Under the pieces are notes generated by a model. That model saw nothing but the letters and a program-made list of their open reading frames with translations, was not told where the DNA came from and did not search any database. Shown piece by piece: positions 1 to 18,909 of a stretch of 64,000 nt of DNA. Source of the stretch: the human T2T-CHM13v2.0 reference genome, Homo sapiens. Within the stretch, counting starts at the first letter, position 1. Each line of letters opens with the position of its first letter. Made by a program: the position numbers and the translations under genes. The stretch is taken from assembly GCF_009914755.1 (NCBI RefSeq), contig NC_060925.1; one strand, 5' to 3'.

Positions 1-80
1 TTATTGAGGCCTTCCGTCAGTTCCAATTCAAGGTCAAAAGAGAGAACTTTTGTAACATCCACGTCAGTCTAGTTCCCCAG
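1..80 (+). CDS. CTPS1: CTP synthase 1, coding exon (exon 5, 5'-truncated by window edge); amidoligase domain
   Basis: Translates (F)[26 protein letters not shown]; donor CAG|gtaagt at 80/81. Confidence 0.96.
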
Positions 81-1402
81 GTAAGTAAGACATTGAAAGT
101 TTTACTTTGGGGGAGATGGAGAGGAGGGAGGAAAGGTAAACCGGAATGATTTTCACTCATTGTCTAGTAGTTTTCACTTGAGGTGCAGGAAGCAGAGAAT
201 AAAGAACTTTGTAAGTTTAAATTTGTTACAATCATACTTTTTTGAAAAGATCAAATAGAAAACATTTGAAAAATCAGGGCAGTTGCATTTGCAGATGTAG
301 ATTGGCCGTGTGCATTTGTCTTTACTATATGGTGGAACTAGAGTAAAGAGGCTGTTTTTAAAGACAAATCTTGTGGAGAGGAGTCAATAGTAACAAAAAT
401 TGGGAAGCCGGAAAGCAGATGGATGCATAGAACCGACTAAGCTGACCTTGAGTGCCGGATCTTAAGCCCGCAGCAGTGAAAGCAGAGAAGCAGCCCTGTT
501 TGCCCTGCAGAACCCCAAAAGCTCAGGAGTGGGATGAGGGTGGGCCTCATGTAACTACTGCTTCAGAAGACTCAGACCCTGACATCTTTTTCCTACAGTG
601 CACAGTTGGGCGTTAGCCTCCTCCCACCTTGGCAGAAGACTGGAGGCTTGTTCTCTGGGGAGGGTTCCTGGATGAGCAGACAGTAGGGACAGTTGAGGGC
701 AGTAACACTGGACTACAAACATGGGGTTATGTGTAATGTTAACGCTGTTGACAGTCCTTGCCTTCTTCCACCATTTGGTTCCCAGAATCATCATGTTTAG
801 GCTTGGCCATTCCACGTAGGAGGTTGTAAGATTGTCTTCTGGGGTATGGATAGCCCAGGATAAAAGACACTGGCTCTGGCGGCTCCCCATGAAATAAGCC
901 AGCCAGATTTTCACCATGACAAGCCTACACACTCACACATAACTTATAGGTAGCATTTAAGCAGGCCTCCATACACTTGGAGAAAGCATCTGATAGGTAA
1001 GAGACCAAACAACAGAAAGAAAGAAACTTACAGGGAACTGAGGCGCTACAAGCAGAGGAAACTTTAAAAAAACACCAAAAAACCAAAAATGACCTGTCAT
1101 TACTATTCTTAGAAAATTAGAAGGAGATAAGCTATATCCGTTAGGTAAGAACTGGATGCTATAAGAAAGAAACATTGAGAGAACAGAAAAGAATCCTTGG
1201 AAATTAAAAATTAGATAGCAGAAATGAAAAAGTTAAGAGAAAGTAAGTTGAGGAAATACCCAAGGAAGTACAGCAAAAAGACCAAGAGATAGAAAATAGA
1301 AGAGAAAAGGTAAAATTAGAGGACTGGCTCAGAAGTTCTAATGTCCAAATAATAGGAGTTCCAAAAAATAAGAACACAGAAATGGAGGTATAATCTGAAC
1401 CC

Positions 1403-1625
1403 CAGGGGTCAGCAAATGATGGCCTATGGGCCACATGAACCTACCCCCCCGTATTTGGAAATCAAGTTTATGGAAATACAGCTGTGTCTGCTTGTTTATG
1501 TGCTGTCTGTGGCTGCTTTTGCTCTAGAACAGTAGAGTTGAATACTTGTGGCAGAGACTGTGTGGCCCACAAAACCTAAAATACTTACTATCAGGGCCTT
1601 TACAGAAAAAATTTTCTGACCCCTT
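1403..1625 (+). mobile_element. MER58A-like hAT-Charlie DNA transposon (MITE)
   Basis: TIRs caggggtcagcaaa / ttttctgacccct; 8-bp repeat atctgaac at 1393-1400 and 1626-1633. Confidence 0.8.
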
Positions 1626-1872
1626 ATCTGAACAATTCAAGGAAATTTCTAGACATCAGTTTCTGGGTTGAAAGGGCCCCCTTGGTGCCTATCATATTGG
1701 ATGACAGATGACCTACACCAAGGCATATTATTGTGAAGGTTCAGACTAATGGGGCAGAAGTTCTAAAAGGCTCTGAAGAGAAAAATCAAGAATCATTGTG
1801 CCACTGGACCCCTTAGCAACAATACTGGAAGCTAAAAGACATTGATGCTATTTCATTAAAAATTCTAGTGGA

Positions 1873-2008
1873 GGCTGAGCATGGTGGCTCACACCTGTTA
1901 TCTCAGCAGTTTGGGAGGCAGAGGTGGGAGGACTGCTTGAGCCTATGAGTTTGAGACCAGCCTGGGCAATGTGACAAGAGCCTGTCTCGATTTAAAAAAA
2001 AAGAAAAA
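1873..2008 (+). mobile_element. Free left Alu monomer (FLAM-like)
   Basis: Left-arm Alu sequence followed directly by an A tail. Confidence 0.85.
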
Positions 2009-2534
2009 GTCCAACAGAAAATGATTTCCATCCTACAAGTCCATGTGTAACGTGTATCTGTTAAGTGTGAGAGAAGAATAAAGATGATTTAGTACAGAAA
2101 GGAAAAGTGTGGCACATGGTTTGGGAACAGTATTTAAATACTTAAAAAGTATGTAAACCCAAAAGAGGACTGCAGGCACAGGAAAGTGTCTAATGGGGGC
2201 AGGATCCTCATTTAACAGGGAAATCAATAGAAAATGCCTCCAAGTAAATGTGGAGAAGTAGCACACCAGCAAGATCAGTTAAGAGTTGAAGAGCGGTTGT
2301 TTCTAGGGATTGGAAAGGGGAGAGTGGGTGAGGGCCGATACTGCTTACAAGCTCGGTTAGAACCATTTGATTCTAAAATGCATGCATGTGTAACTTTGAC
2401 AAACATAAAAGCTAAATTACACAAGTGACCAAATGATCTATTTCCTTATTAAAAGAGGTTCAAGGAAAAGTCATACTTGAAAATTCCTTATCAGAGGGAA
2501 ACTAACTTTTTTTTTTTTTTCTTTTGTGAAATAG

Positions 2535-2618
2535 CCAAGTTCAACAGGGGAACAGAAGACTAAACCTACCCAGAATAGTGTTCGGGAACTTAGAGGACTT
2601 GGGCTTTCCCCAGATCTG
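2535..2618 (+). CDS. CTPS1: CTP synthase 1, exon 6 (84 nt)
   Basis: polyT tract then atag|; [28 protein letters not shown] contains the conserved CTPS KTKPTQ motif; donor CTG|gtaaga. Confidence 0.97.
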
Positions 2619-3134
2619 GTAAGATTTCCTGATAGCTGGTTGCAGTGTAATCTTTTATGTCTAGTTAAGATCACTCTATCATGACAGACAAGACCTTTGT
2701 CTTGTTGGGTTGCTTTTGATAATTGATGATGGAGAAAATAGGATTAGTTCTTTGAACCGGGCTGTAGTTTGCAAGATGTTCATACTTAGAGCGTGTTAGG
2801 TCTTGTACTCCCCAGACCTTATTTTTCCTCTCAGTCTTTTTACTCTCATTTTTACTCCTACTTGGGAACACTAATGGAGGAAAATCCCAGAGCTCTTGTA
2901 GTTCATTAATGTATTCATTTGTACTGCCATTCTCTTATGTTTCTCCAGTTTGGCGTTTACGGATTTTAGCTTTGAAACGAGTCATAATATTTTTATGGAT
3001 TATGTGCCTGGTGCTGAGAGTTAACGTTTTCGTTCATCTTAACAATGTGATGTCTGTTTTAATTTCAGTCAGGAGAAACCCCTACTTCTGTCATTTTTTC
3101 CTTCTGTCTAAGCCATCTTGTTCTCTACTGCTAG

Positions 3135-3215
3135 GTTGTATGCAGGTGCTCAAATCCACTTGACACATCAGTGAAGGAGAAAATATCAATGTTCTGCCAT
3201 GTTGAGCCTGAACAA
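3135..3215 (+). CDS. CTPS1: CTP synthase 1, exon 7 (81 nt)
   Basis: ctag|; [27 protein letters not shown]; donor CAA|gtgagt. Confidence 0.96.
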
Positions 3216-4052
3216 GTGAGTAGAAATTCCCATCTCTAATAAGTTGTTTTTTGCTTCTAATTGTCCTAAAGCCTCTTGATCAGTTTCGTGAGGCTTGTTA
3301 TTTTCTAATTAGAGATAGTGGGCTGTTCCAGAAGAACCCATTGCCATCGGCCATTCCCTGCCTCTCCTGGTTCCCCAAACAACACCTGTGTCCCTCCTGC
3401 CTCTTCTCCGTGCCTCGTTGTACTTTGTGCTTCAGCCGGGTGGAGTATCTTTCGGTTCCCCTAGTACCCTCCACTCTCCCTATGATTGTACTTTTTCACT
3501 GGCTAATTTCTGTTAAGAACCCATGTCCCCCTCTTCCTGTTGGCTTGGCAGTCTCCTACTCACTCTCATCCTTCAGGTTCTAGCGAAGACATAGTGTTGT
3601 CTGAGAAGCTTTAACTGCCAAACCTCCTGGCCCTTGGCCTTCAGGGTTAACTGCGTCCTTCACTGGGCTCCTGTGTGGTGTCGCATGTATGCTGCTGATG
3701 GGCCCATCTTTCTGGTGTGTGTGTGTGTGTACATGTGTGGTGTGTATCTCCCTTCACAGACTCTAAGCTTCTGGAGGGCAAGGGCCACCTCATTCAACTT
3801 TCTGTTTCTGGTGCCTGGTGTCTAGGGTGTTGTAGGCTGTCACAGAGATCTTAGTGTTTTTGTTACTGTACCTATGATGCAGGAAATCCAAAATTTGGAA
3901 CCTGTAATGTATCTAAGTGTGGTGCTTAGTATGGAAATTCTAGTGGTGATACATTGAGCATGTAGCTTTGGCCAGGTTTTAGATATTTCTGGCCTAGCAA
4001 GTGAAGGAAATTCAATTCTGTAGCAGAATAGGTTGTCATTAAAATTGTTCAA

Positions 4053-7068
<3,016 letters not shown>

Positions 7069-7286
7069 ATGAATTTTTTTTAAAGGACTTTTGCATCCAT
7101 GTTCATAATAGATTGGCCACTAATTTTCTATTCTATTCTTGAGTCTGTTTTAGTAGTTTATCTAGAAAATTGTCCTTTTTTCTGTTTTCAAATACATAAT
7201 ATTTTTACAAGGTCACGTAGCTAGTAGGAGGCTGTAAGCCTGGTGAGTTTTTGCTTTTATTTAATAACTTGCTTTTTTCTAAACAG

Positions 7287-7438
7287 GTGATCTGTGTCCA
7301 CGATGTCTCATCCATCTACCGAGTCCCCTTGTTGTTAGAGGAGCAAGGGGTTGTAGATTATTTTCTTCGAAGACTTGACCTTCCTATTGAGAGGCAGCCA
7401 AGAAAAATGCTGATGAAATGGAAAGAGATGGCTGACAG
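7287..7438 (+). CDS. CTPS1: CTP synthase 1, exon 8 (152 nt)
   Basis: aaacag|; [50 protein letters not shown](R); donor AG|gtttgc; matches core of ORF 7251..7490. Confidence 0.96.
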
Positions 7439-8492
7439 GTTTGCCTGCAATGAGGAGCTGGGAGTGCTAGCCTCCTTTACTCTTTTGTAGGGCTGGTGAA
7501 GCCGACTCTAGCCCTAGCACTTTTGTACTTTTGCACTTCTGCCATCCACTCATTAGAAGAGCCTTTGTAGTAAGAGATGTTCAGAAAGGATCTTAGCTGT
7601 CACGTAGCTGTGGCACAGATGAGGAGATCCTGATAGGGCCAGGCCAGGTGCCGGGCCTCCAGACAATGAGTTCGGGTTATGTCTTAACACGCTTGTCTCT
7701 TACCAACTAGATCAGTGCAGATGGGCGTCCTGGTGGCAGCGGGTGAGTGTGCATATCCAAAGCCCACACGAATGGCTGACAGTGGCTGGAGCACTCCTGG
7801 GTACCACTCCAGAGTTCTGAGCTGTGTTTGGGAATGTGTCTCACCCCACACCAGAAAGGGATCACATTAGGACGGGGATGTGTTGCTGCCTACTCCACTA
7901 CATCCTTTTAAGGCTCGGTGATGCTGTCACATTCCTTCAGAAATCTTCACTTCGTGTCTTAGAGCAATGGGCAGGCCTTATCTTAGTTGCAAGATCAATA
8001 TGATGGCCTAGAAGCATTTGGAGAGGGCATACTCATTCCGTTGCTCTGTGAGAATCATTTTTCATTTCAACATTTTCCTTTCAGTCTTTGTCTGCTTACA
8101 TATAGCTATCAGAATGGCAGTTTTATCATCCTTTTTCATAAAACATTATAAGCATTTTGCTCTGTTATTATATTTTACAATGAAAACTTTTAATGAGTGT
8201 GGACTTTTCTATTTTGTGAATGTCCCATAATTTGTTTGACACTTGCCTTCACCCCATTAATTCTTGTGAATTGTCTATGTCTGTTATTTTTTTTGGTCTT
8301 TGGTATGAAAAAAATTTTTTGTAGGCAAATTTGTGTGAGACGTTGAAACTCTTTGTAAGTTTCAAAACAAAAACAAAAAAAAAATTTTTCTTTACAAAGC
8401 CTGCCATGTTGATCTGAAAATTACTTCCTCTTTACTGGTCTGTACACAGAACTCAGATAATAGCTATTCCCGTTATATTCTTCCCAGGTGTG

Positions 8493-8668
8493 TTTTTGTT
8501 GTTTTTTGTGGGGGTTTTTTGAGGCAGGGTCTCACACTGTTGCCCAGGCTGTAGTGCAGTGGTGCAGTCAGCTCACTGTAACCTCCAACTCCTGGGCTCA
8601 AGATCCCCCCGCCTCAGCCTTTCAAAGTGCTGGGATTATAGGATTATGGGCGTGAGCTCATCCTGGCC
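8493..8668 (-). mobile_element. Shortened/monomeric Alu
   Basis: Alu 3' and 5' ends joined, about 175 bp. Confidence 0.85.
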
Positions 8669-8763
8669 AGACGTGGTTTTTTTTCCCTTGAAATAGCTAT
8701 TTTGGTCTCATGATAGCGTGTACCTTCTGAGTAATTGGGTTTTTCTTGACGTTTATTTGATAG

Positions 8764-8896
8764 ATATGATCGCTTGCTGGAGACCTGCTCTATTGCCCTT
8801 GTGGGCAAATACACGAAGTTCTCAGACTCCTATGCCTCTGTCATTAAGGCTCTGGAGCATTCTGCACTGGCCATCAACCACAAATTGGAAATCAAG
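8764..8896 (+). CDS. CTPS1: CTP synthase 1, exon 9 (133 nt); start of glutamine amidotransferase domain
   Basis: gatag|; [44 protein letters not shown] (IALVGKY motif); donor AAG|gtaagg. Confidence 0.96.
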
Positions 8897-9451
8897 GTAA
8901 GGAGGGTGGCACAGGTACAGCCAAAGGATGAGCAGGGAAGCAGTCTGTAGTCTCGTAGGTGCTGTGTCATATCTGCTTTCTGTTTGGAGCTCAGAATTAC
9001 TTTTTAAGGAATTACTTTTTAAGGATTAAAAAGATTTGTGGTTGCTTCGTGGCTTTGAGAAGACAGTAGAGCATTTTCAGGAATTAATGAAGGGGAGAGA
9101 TGGCTAGAGGAGAGGGTGAGAGAGACTTGAGTTCTTGGCTATGACTATCAGGTAACCAAATAAAATGCCCTGTGGAAATGGGGACCACTGATGGACCACA
9201 GGCATGCTGCACAGTTGATAGCTGGAGGCTCTTGGAGACTTTGTTGGCATGTGGGCTGCCTTTCCTAACCTGTGCTTATCACTTATTGCAGAGTGGGAAT
9301 GACAGTATTGACCTCACGGAGCTGTGAGGTTTCTCTGGGATGCAGGGCAGGCACTCAGTAAATGGTAGTTACTGTGTTCTGGTCTGTGCCATGGCGGGCA
9401 GCAGCTGAGCTGGTGGAATGGTGGGGCATGGCCCTGCTTGTCTGTGGGTGG

Positions 9452-10010
<559 letters not shown>

Positions 10011-10774
10011 CGTTAAACCCTCCCTTCTGCCTGTCCCCTTTATTCCTTTTCTTCCTGGCCCATCAGCTGAAGCTTTTCAGGAAGAGATGAAGGTCAGAGG
10101 TAAAGTTGGGGCTCAGTGCTGAGGTTGTTAAACAGGCCCCATGTAGCTGTCCCCACATTGGGGTTTGCTTTCTACTTCCCAGGTGTTTCTCAGCGTGAGA
10201 GTTTAGTTTGCTTTGTGCTGCTGGACAGGTTCCTGCAGAATGGCCTGTTGTACGAGTTTTAAGAATTTAAATCCCATTACACAGCCCTGACTTCTTATTT
10301 GCTAGTTCTTTCCATCATTCATTTATTTTATCCACTTGGAGTTAGTCTGTGGCTGCCATGTGTTTGTCAGGTGGCAGAGGATGAGAGATGGATGAAAAGG
10401 CAACGGTCTCCGCCTTTAAGGAATATTGAGTCTCTTAGGAAGGAAGGAGCACATAGGAGAGGCTGAACCTGCTGTGGCAGACACATGAGGAAGGCAGACT
10501 TCCTCATGGAGGGACACCAGGTTGGGTTGGGTAGGATGGAGAAGGCTCGGAAGGGGCATTCCTGTTAGAATAGATAGAGCACGTCCAAGGGCTTGGAGAT
10601 GTGGAGCAGTTGGAAACACTGTGGATGGAAATTGTGAATTGGAGGCTGTCTGGAGACAGGCTGGTGAGGGCCTGCCCACAATTCCATGAACTGGGCCAAA
10701 TCTGGGTCTTACCCTGAGGTTCAGGAAACTAACTGCAGGGTTTAGGTAGGAGATTGTAGAAAAGTGGTGAACAC

Positions 10775-12010
<1,236 letters not shown>

Positions 12011-12392
12011 GGTAGAAAGAAAAAGAAAAAACCCACAAAAGCTGGGCGGAAGATGGGCTGAGGAGGCTGTCATTGAACAGAAAGCCCTCTAGAGTCTGCT
12101 GCAGAGGCTTAGCTGAGACCCGATCCTGAACACAGTAGAGTGCAGAAAGAGAGAGATTTGGGAATTTAATGATTTTGAAGGAAACTGTTGTATTTTAAAA
12201 CCTCATATTTAAAAAATGTTTAAGTTATTAAATATATTAAGTTGATCACTTTAAAGCCAGTATTAAGATGATCACTTTAAAGCCAGAATCAAGAAAGACA
12301 ACTTTGATAAAATGATAATATTATTTAAAAATTAAGAACGCACAGCCTGGGGTCACGAGCCTGCTTTTCTCCCCTGTCTGAATAACATCCAG

Positions 12393-12481
12393 TACATAGA
12401 TTCTGCGGACTTGGAGCCCATCACCTCGCAAGAAGAGCCCGTGCGCTACCACGAAGCTTGGCAGAAGCTCTGTAGTGCTCA
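12393..12481 (+). CDS. CTPS1: CTP synthase 1, exon 10 (89 nt)
   Basis: ccag|; [29 protein letters not shown](H); donor CA|gtgagt. Confidence 0.96.
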
Positions 12482-12991
12482 GTGAGTAGAGTTCGCTGCC
12501 TTGGGTTTCCAGAGTTCTTTTGGTTTGTTTTAATGAAAAAGTCCTCTTGTTTTCATGTGCCAGTAGTAGGTAATTGACTTGTTAAAATATTTTTTAATTG
12601 TTGAAAAGACTACATGCCATCTGATTTAATCCTTAAAAAATGCAGCTTGTCAATATCATTGGATCTGAAAAGCTGCTCTGATTTTGATATTGTTTGCCAT
12701 ATGCATCTATTGATGAGGCTCATTTAAGGATTTTTCATCCAGAACATTTGATGAGTACCCATCAGTAGAGTCTCATCAGTTGTTTTGGCAGCTGTTATTT
12801 ATAATAGTAAAACATTAGCAAGAATTTCTGGTTCACTAGAACAGTTGAATATTACGGAGGTGTACACCTTCTTCTGAGTGTCTTGGTCAGTACGGCACAC
12901 AGAGCTGATGAAGAAAGGCCCCCTTAGGGGAGCATTTTAAGCCAAGAGGTAAGATAAATTGTTAATATTAATATATGTATTTAAAATTTTG

Positions 12992-13239
12992 GGCTGGGCA
13001 CAGTGGCTCATGCCTGTAATCCTAAAACTTTGAGAGGCTGAGGTGGGAGGATTGCTTGAGCCCAAGAGTTCAAGACCAGCCCAGGCAACATAGGGAGACC
13101 CTGTTTCTACAACAAAAACAACAAAACCAGCTGGGTGTGGTCCCAGCTCCTTGGGAGATCAAGGCTGCAGTGAGCTGTGATCACACCACTGCACTCCAGC
13201 CTGGGTAACAGTGTGAGACCCTGTCTCAAGAAAAAAAAA
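12992..13239 (+). mobile_element. AluJ-like element with internal deletion
   Basis: Both Alu ends present, right arm shortened. Confidence 0.9.
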
Positions 13240-13523
13240 TTGTGAACAACTCAGTACCAAAGATAGTGCAGTGGCAGTATTACAATTATGTATACTATCT
13301 TTTTCACTTGCAATAAGCATGTTCTTAAGTTACTAAGAAAAGTCCATAGTTTCATATGCAGTTTCTAAGTTGATAGTGTTTACATACAATTCATTGTCAC
13401 AGTAGCACAATGTATGGGGTTAATTCATGGCTTCAGTGTCTTGGTAATGGCCCGTTAGGCGATTATTGCAAGTTGGACTGGTAGAAAAGGGGAATTGCCT
13501 TTGTGGTTTGTTCTTTTGTGCAG

Positions 13524-13618
13524 TGGAGTGCTGGTTCCAGGAGGATTTGGTGTTCGAGGAACAGAAGGAAAAATCCAAGCAATTGCCTGGGCTCGGAATC
13601 AGAAAAAGCCTTTTTTGG
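13524..13618 (+). CDS. CTPS1: CTP synthase 1, exon 11 (95 nt); oxyanion-hole PGGFG motif
   Basis: tgcag|; [31 protein letters not shown](G); donor G|gtaagg. Confidence 0.97.
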
Positions 13619-14062
13619 GTAAGGAGCTCTGCAGTGCAGTCTTCACTTAAGAGTAGGAAAGAGTGGGGAACGGTGCCACGTGGGAGCCTATGAACAAAGT
13701 GGGGGGATTACTGAAACATGCTGTCTTTGTGGATAGGAGCTCAAGTAGAAGCCTTCATGTTTTCTCTTTAGAGACAAATTCAGTCTTGGAAAGCTTATTT
13801 ATGCTTATGAGCTACATGTAGATGTCGTGGAATTTTGAGAGAATGAATTGTGAATTCCTGTCCATTTAATGAACCCAGCTGTTTGTAGCACACGTGAGGT
13901 TGAGTTTTATATCTGCTCACTTGGCACAACAGCTGACTGTAATTGGACAAAATGATTTTGCATGCCTCCTGGTGCTGTACATTTTAGTAATTTTCAACTT
14001 GAACAATTATAAATAAAAACTTAATGAGAGAGGGTAAGAAAACTTGAATTTTAAAGTACTGA

Positions 14063-14219
14063 GGCTAGGCACGGTGGTTCACACCTGTAAACCCAACACT
14101 TGTGGAGGCTGAGGCAGGAGGGTTGCTGGATCCCAGAAATTTGAGGCTGTAGTGAGCCAAGATCTCTCCACTGCACTCCAGAGTGGGCAACAGCAAGACC
14201 CTGTCTGGGGGGAAAAAAG
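14063..14219 (+). mobile_element. Monomer-length Alu
   Basis: Alu 5' and 3' motifs within about 155 bp; aaagtactga repeated on both flanks. Confidence 0.85.
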
Positions 14220-14477
14220 TACTGAATAGAATATCACTTACTTCTAAAATCGGATAACTTTGCAAATCTAGAATTTTCATCTACTTTACATGCAGTTTTT
14301 GAAATCTAATACAAGTAAAGTGTAACAGCAGAGAGTACTTGTTCATAGCAGGAAGTTATGAGTTTGCAATTATAATTCTCCAAATAAAGGACACAAAGGC
14401 CATTGCAGAGGCTGCTGGGAAAAGTAGGAGCTGCCTTTTCAATGGAGTTTTGTTTGTTTTTTCCCCCCGACTGGAAG

Positions 14478-14540
14478 GCGTGTGCTTAGGGATGCAGTTG
14501 GCAGTGGTTGAATTCTCAAGAAACGTGCTGGGATGGCAAG
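14478..14540 (+). CDS. CTPS1: CTP synthase 1, exon 12 (63 nt); catalytic Cys of the glutaminase triad
   Basis: pyrimidine tract then gaag|; (G)VCLGMQLAVVEFSRNVLGWQ; donor AAG|gtaagc. Confidence 0.97.
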
Positions 14541-14869
14541 GTAAGCGTGCATTAAGACACTCATTCAATTCCCGCTTGTGTATTTCTGGAGGATATGAGG
14601 CCTGTTGCCGCCTGGGTGATCAGGAGCTTTGGAGAAGGGCAGGCCTGGGTTCCTAGCACCTCATGGTGTGCCGTAAGGGAGCTGCCTTGCCTCTTGAGGA
14701 ACAGCACGGCTCCTCCATGCAGGAAGGAGGGAGCACAGCCAGACTCCCTCCTTTGCCTTCTGCCTCTGTGTTCCTGTTCTTGAGATTCTGTCACTTTGAT
14801 CACCGTGGCCACCATCCTGAAGCTGGTGCCTGGTGTGAAGTCCTTGTCCTAAGTGAGGCTTGGGCAGTT

Positions 14870-15090
14870 ATTATGAGAACCTGGGCTCTGGAGCTATTGA
14901 AACTGGGCTCAGATTCCAACCTTACCGCTTATGGGTGATTTTAAGCAATTTACTTAGCCTTTATGGGCCTCCGTTTTTTCTGTAAAATGGGAGTAATAAA
15001 GGTACGTACTTCACATGATTAAGGGAGATAATGTATGTAAATAGTCTCTAGTAGTGCCTGGAAAATAGGGAAATGCTCAGATAATATCAG
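14870..15090 (+). mobile_element. MIR
   Basis: Core ttacttagcctttatgggcctccgttttttctgtaaaatgggagtaata. Confidence 0.75.
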
Positions 15091-15103
15091 CTCTTCGCCT
15101 AGC

Positions 15104-15530
15104 TGTGTATTACTATGTGACAGACCTCCCTAAAGCTCAGTGGCTCCCAACAGCAGTGACTTCTCATCTCAGTATTCTGTGGTTTGGCTCAGTGCCTGGG
15201 TTTCAGCTGCACGTGGTGTACTATCTGAGATGGCACACTCCTGCCTTGTGTTCAGCTGTGAGCTCGGCCCAGCCGGGACGTCAAGATGCTGTCTCCACCT
15301 AGTGGCTCATCATTCATTAATCCAGCCCAAGCTTCCTCACACAGGGTGGGCAGCTGGACTCCAAAATGACAGGCCTGTTATGCAGGCACTTATCAGGCCT
15401 GCTGATGTCCCGTTGGCCAAAACAAGTCACGTGGCCAAGCCCCGAGCCGGCAGGGGAGGAGAACACACATGGGTGTGAAGACTGAGCATGCTGCACTGGG
15501 GCCACCCTGGAATGGTCCACCACAGCCCAT
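15104..15530. mobile_element. Old MaLR LTR (MLT1-like)
   Basis: Motifs ccctaaagctcagtggct and ttggccaaaacaagtcacgtggccaagccc, typical of MLT1 LTRs. Confidence 0.6.
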
Positions 15531-16210
15531 TTATTCTCTGTAGCCCACCCGACAAATACTAGATTTTCAGAAAGACCTTGTAAATTCTGTGGAAAATAAA
15601 GTAACCTGAAGGAATGTAAAAGCAGTTTGACTTTATAAAGAACAAGTGACTCTGGTGGCCAGCATATGGTTTAGGGCTGGGTTTCATTCACCCTTTCCCT
15701 GAGAGGCTGCTTCACAGTGACCTGGCGGTGTGGCTTAGTTTGGTAGACAGCATGCCCTTGAGTGCTGGCTTCTGAGTCCTGAGAGGCACTGTCTTATCAC
15801 CCGCCACCCCAGAGCTGGCTTTCTGGTCTCCCTGGATCCTTCACAGCCCCAGACCTCTGCCTCTCACTTAGGTTCCCAAATGGGTAGGTGCTTTGGTGAT
15901 GAGCTTACACTTCAGTTGAGACTGGACCCTGGTTCAGGCCAGGAGGAGAACAGTGCCCAGCGTTCACATAGTACCAGGAACTTGGTCCTTTGCCTTTTGG
16001 TCTTTAGTGGTTTTGCTTTGGTTAGACGGTAAGTTCAATGAAGGTTAGAAAGGTTGAGTTGAAATCAGTTCATTTCTGACTGAGCTATTGAGTGAAACAG
16101 TTGAGTAGGGCTTTGTATTAGCTGCTGAAGATGAAAGAAGTATAGAAGAAATAGTACTTGTTTATCTCAGAGAGACAAGAGTCTGAAACATTAAGACAAT
16201 ATAAAAACTT

Positions 16211-17347
<1,137 letters not shown>

Positions 17348-17414
17348 TTAGCAATGAAACTATTAATCACTTTCGTTTGTAACTATTTTCATAACAAGTA
17401 TTTTGGTATTTCAG

Positions 17415-17458
17415 ATGCCAATTCTACAGAGTTTGACCCTACGACCAGTCATCCCGTG
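17415..17458 (+). CDS. CTPS1: CTP synthase 1, exon 13 (44 nt)
   Basis: ttcag|; (D)ANSTEFDPTTSHPV; donor GTG|gtgagt; frame continuous with both neighbours. Confidence 0.95.
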
Positions 17459-18812
17459 GTGAGTCAAGTGTTTGAACCTCCACAGGGCTTAGAAGGGTGT
17501 AGAAGGGGCATTTATGAACGTGATTGATGATTAGAGACAAGAAGTGAGACTGCTTGAGTCCATCCCAAAGAACCCTGAGGTTTTGGGCACTCAGACCTAC
17601 CAGAGAGGAAAAACTTTTCTTTTTCATTATGTAATTCCTCCCTAATCTTTCATTGACCACAGAAAGTTTTTAAGACAGGTACCAGCCCAGGAAACTGGAG
17701 GGGATTCCTGATTAAAATTCTTCTCCATCCCTACTCCCCTCAACTCCCAGAACACAGTATAGATACTAATATGAGACCCTGGCATGTGTACTTACTGTGT
17801 GCCAGCCGCTGCTCTCACTGCTTTCATATGTATATTTTATATTAATTCATGGGATCCCCAGCCATAGTCCTGGGAGAACTGCTGGGTTGGAGCACTGGTT
17901 GGCTTAACCGTATCCAAAGATTTTCCAGGCTGGCGTACCTTGCGTTAGATTTCATGCCGAGGGCATGTGGCATTCTCAGCCCGCTGTACTGTTAGGCACA
18001 TGGAGGAGGGACGATGCCTTTAATCACCTTTGAATTCCCAGCCCAGGGTGACAGGGATGTAAAGGGAAGGGCACTTATTTACGTTTTTCAGCAGTCAGCA
18101 AATGTGAATGCGTACTATATGCTGGGACTGCCCTTGTCACTGAGGACACCGTGCTAAATGAGACGGACAAAGTTCTTGATCTCACGGCACTTAGACAGCA
18201 TCACTGTGTTTGTTGACCTGAAATTGAACTTTGCTGATACTAAGGCCTCAGGAGTGGACCAGCAAATGTTTTGCAGCATGGGGCTTTGGGGTCAGGAGGA
18301 ACAGGGCACAGAGAGCCTGGAATCAGAAGGTGCCTGGGAACGCTGGGCTGAGAGGTGGACTGGGCCATCAGTGCATGGCCCACCCAGTCCTCAGATGCTT
18401 GCTAAGCTGCAGGGTGCTAGCCCTGCATCCCTTGCCTTTGAGCAGTCATCAGGCTAGCTGGGGCGATGACAGACATGTTATGACACATCCAGTCCGTGTC
18501 TGTGCTACTGTATCAGTCTTTCTAAGGAAGTGATGCTTACCGTCCACAGTGCTGGGGCGGGACTAGCCTGAGGAGGGGCTGCTGTGGTCCTGTCTGCAGA
18601 TCAGGAGGACAGGCTGAAGGACGGAGCCTCCACCCAACCGAGGTTACAAATGCCAACTGGGAGGCATTTTCTTCTGTGACAAAATGTCTCATAAGGAAAG
18701 CCTGGAGAATTAGAGCTTACTTACAAGCCTTTGCCACCCACTCAGCGAGGGAGGTTTCTCTCTAGCGGAAGCAGAGTTCTGTAGTTGGTGTCTGTTTTCT
18801 GAACATCTCCAG

Positions 18813-18909
18813 GTCGTAGACATGCCAGAACACAACCCAGGGCAGATGGGCGGAACCATGAGGCTGGGCAAGAGGAGAACCCTGTTCCAGACCAAGAACT
18901 CAGTCATGA
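18813..18909 (+). CDS. CTPS1: CTP synthase 1, exon 14 (97 nt)
   Basis: ccag|; [32 protein letters not shown](R) (GGTMRLG motif); donor A|gtaaga. Confidence 0.97.

Larger units (their letters stand above)
900..2270 (+). mobile_element. Old L1M/L1ME-type LINE fragment (ORF1 region), interrupted by MER58 and an Alu monomer
   Basis: Strongly A-rich decayed coding-like sequence (gaaattaaaaattagatagcagaaatgaaaa; ctaatgtccaaataataggagttcca; acctacaccaaggcatattattgtgaa). Confidence 0.6.
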
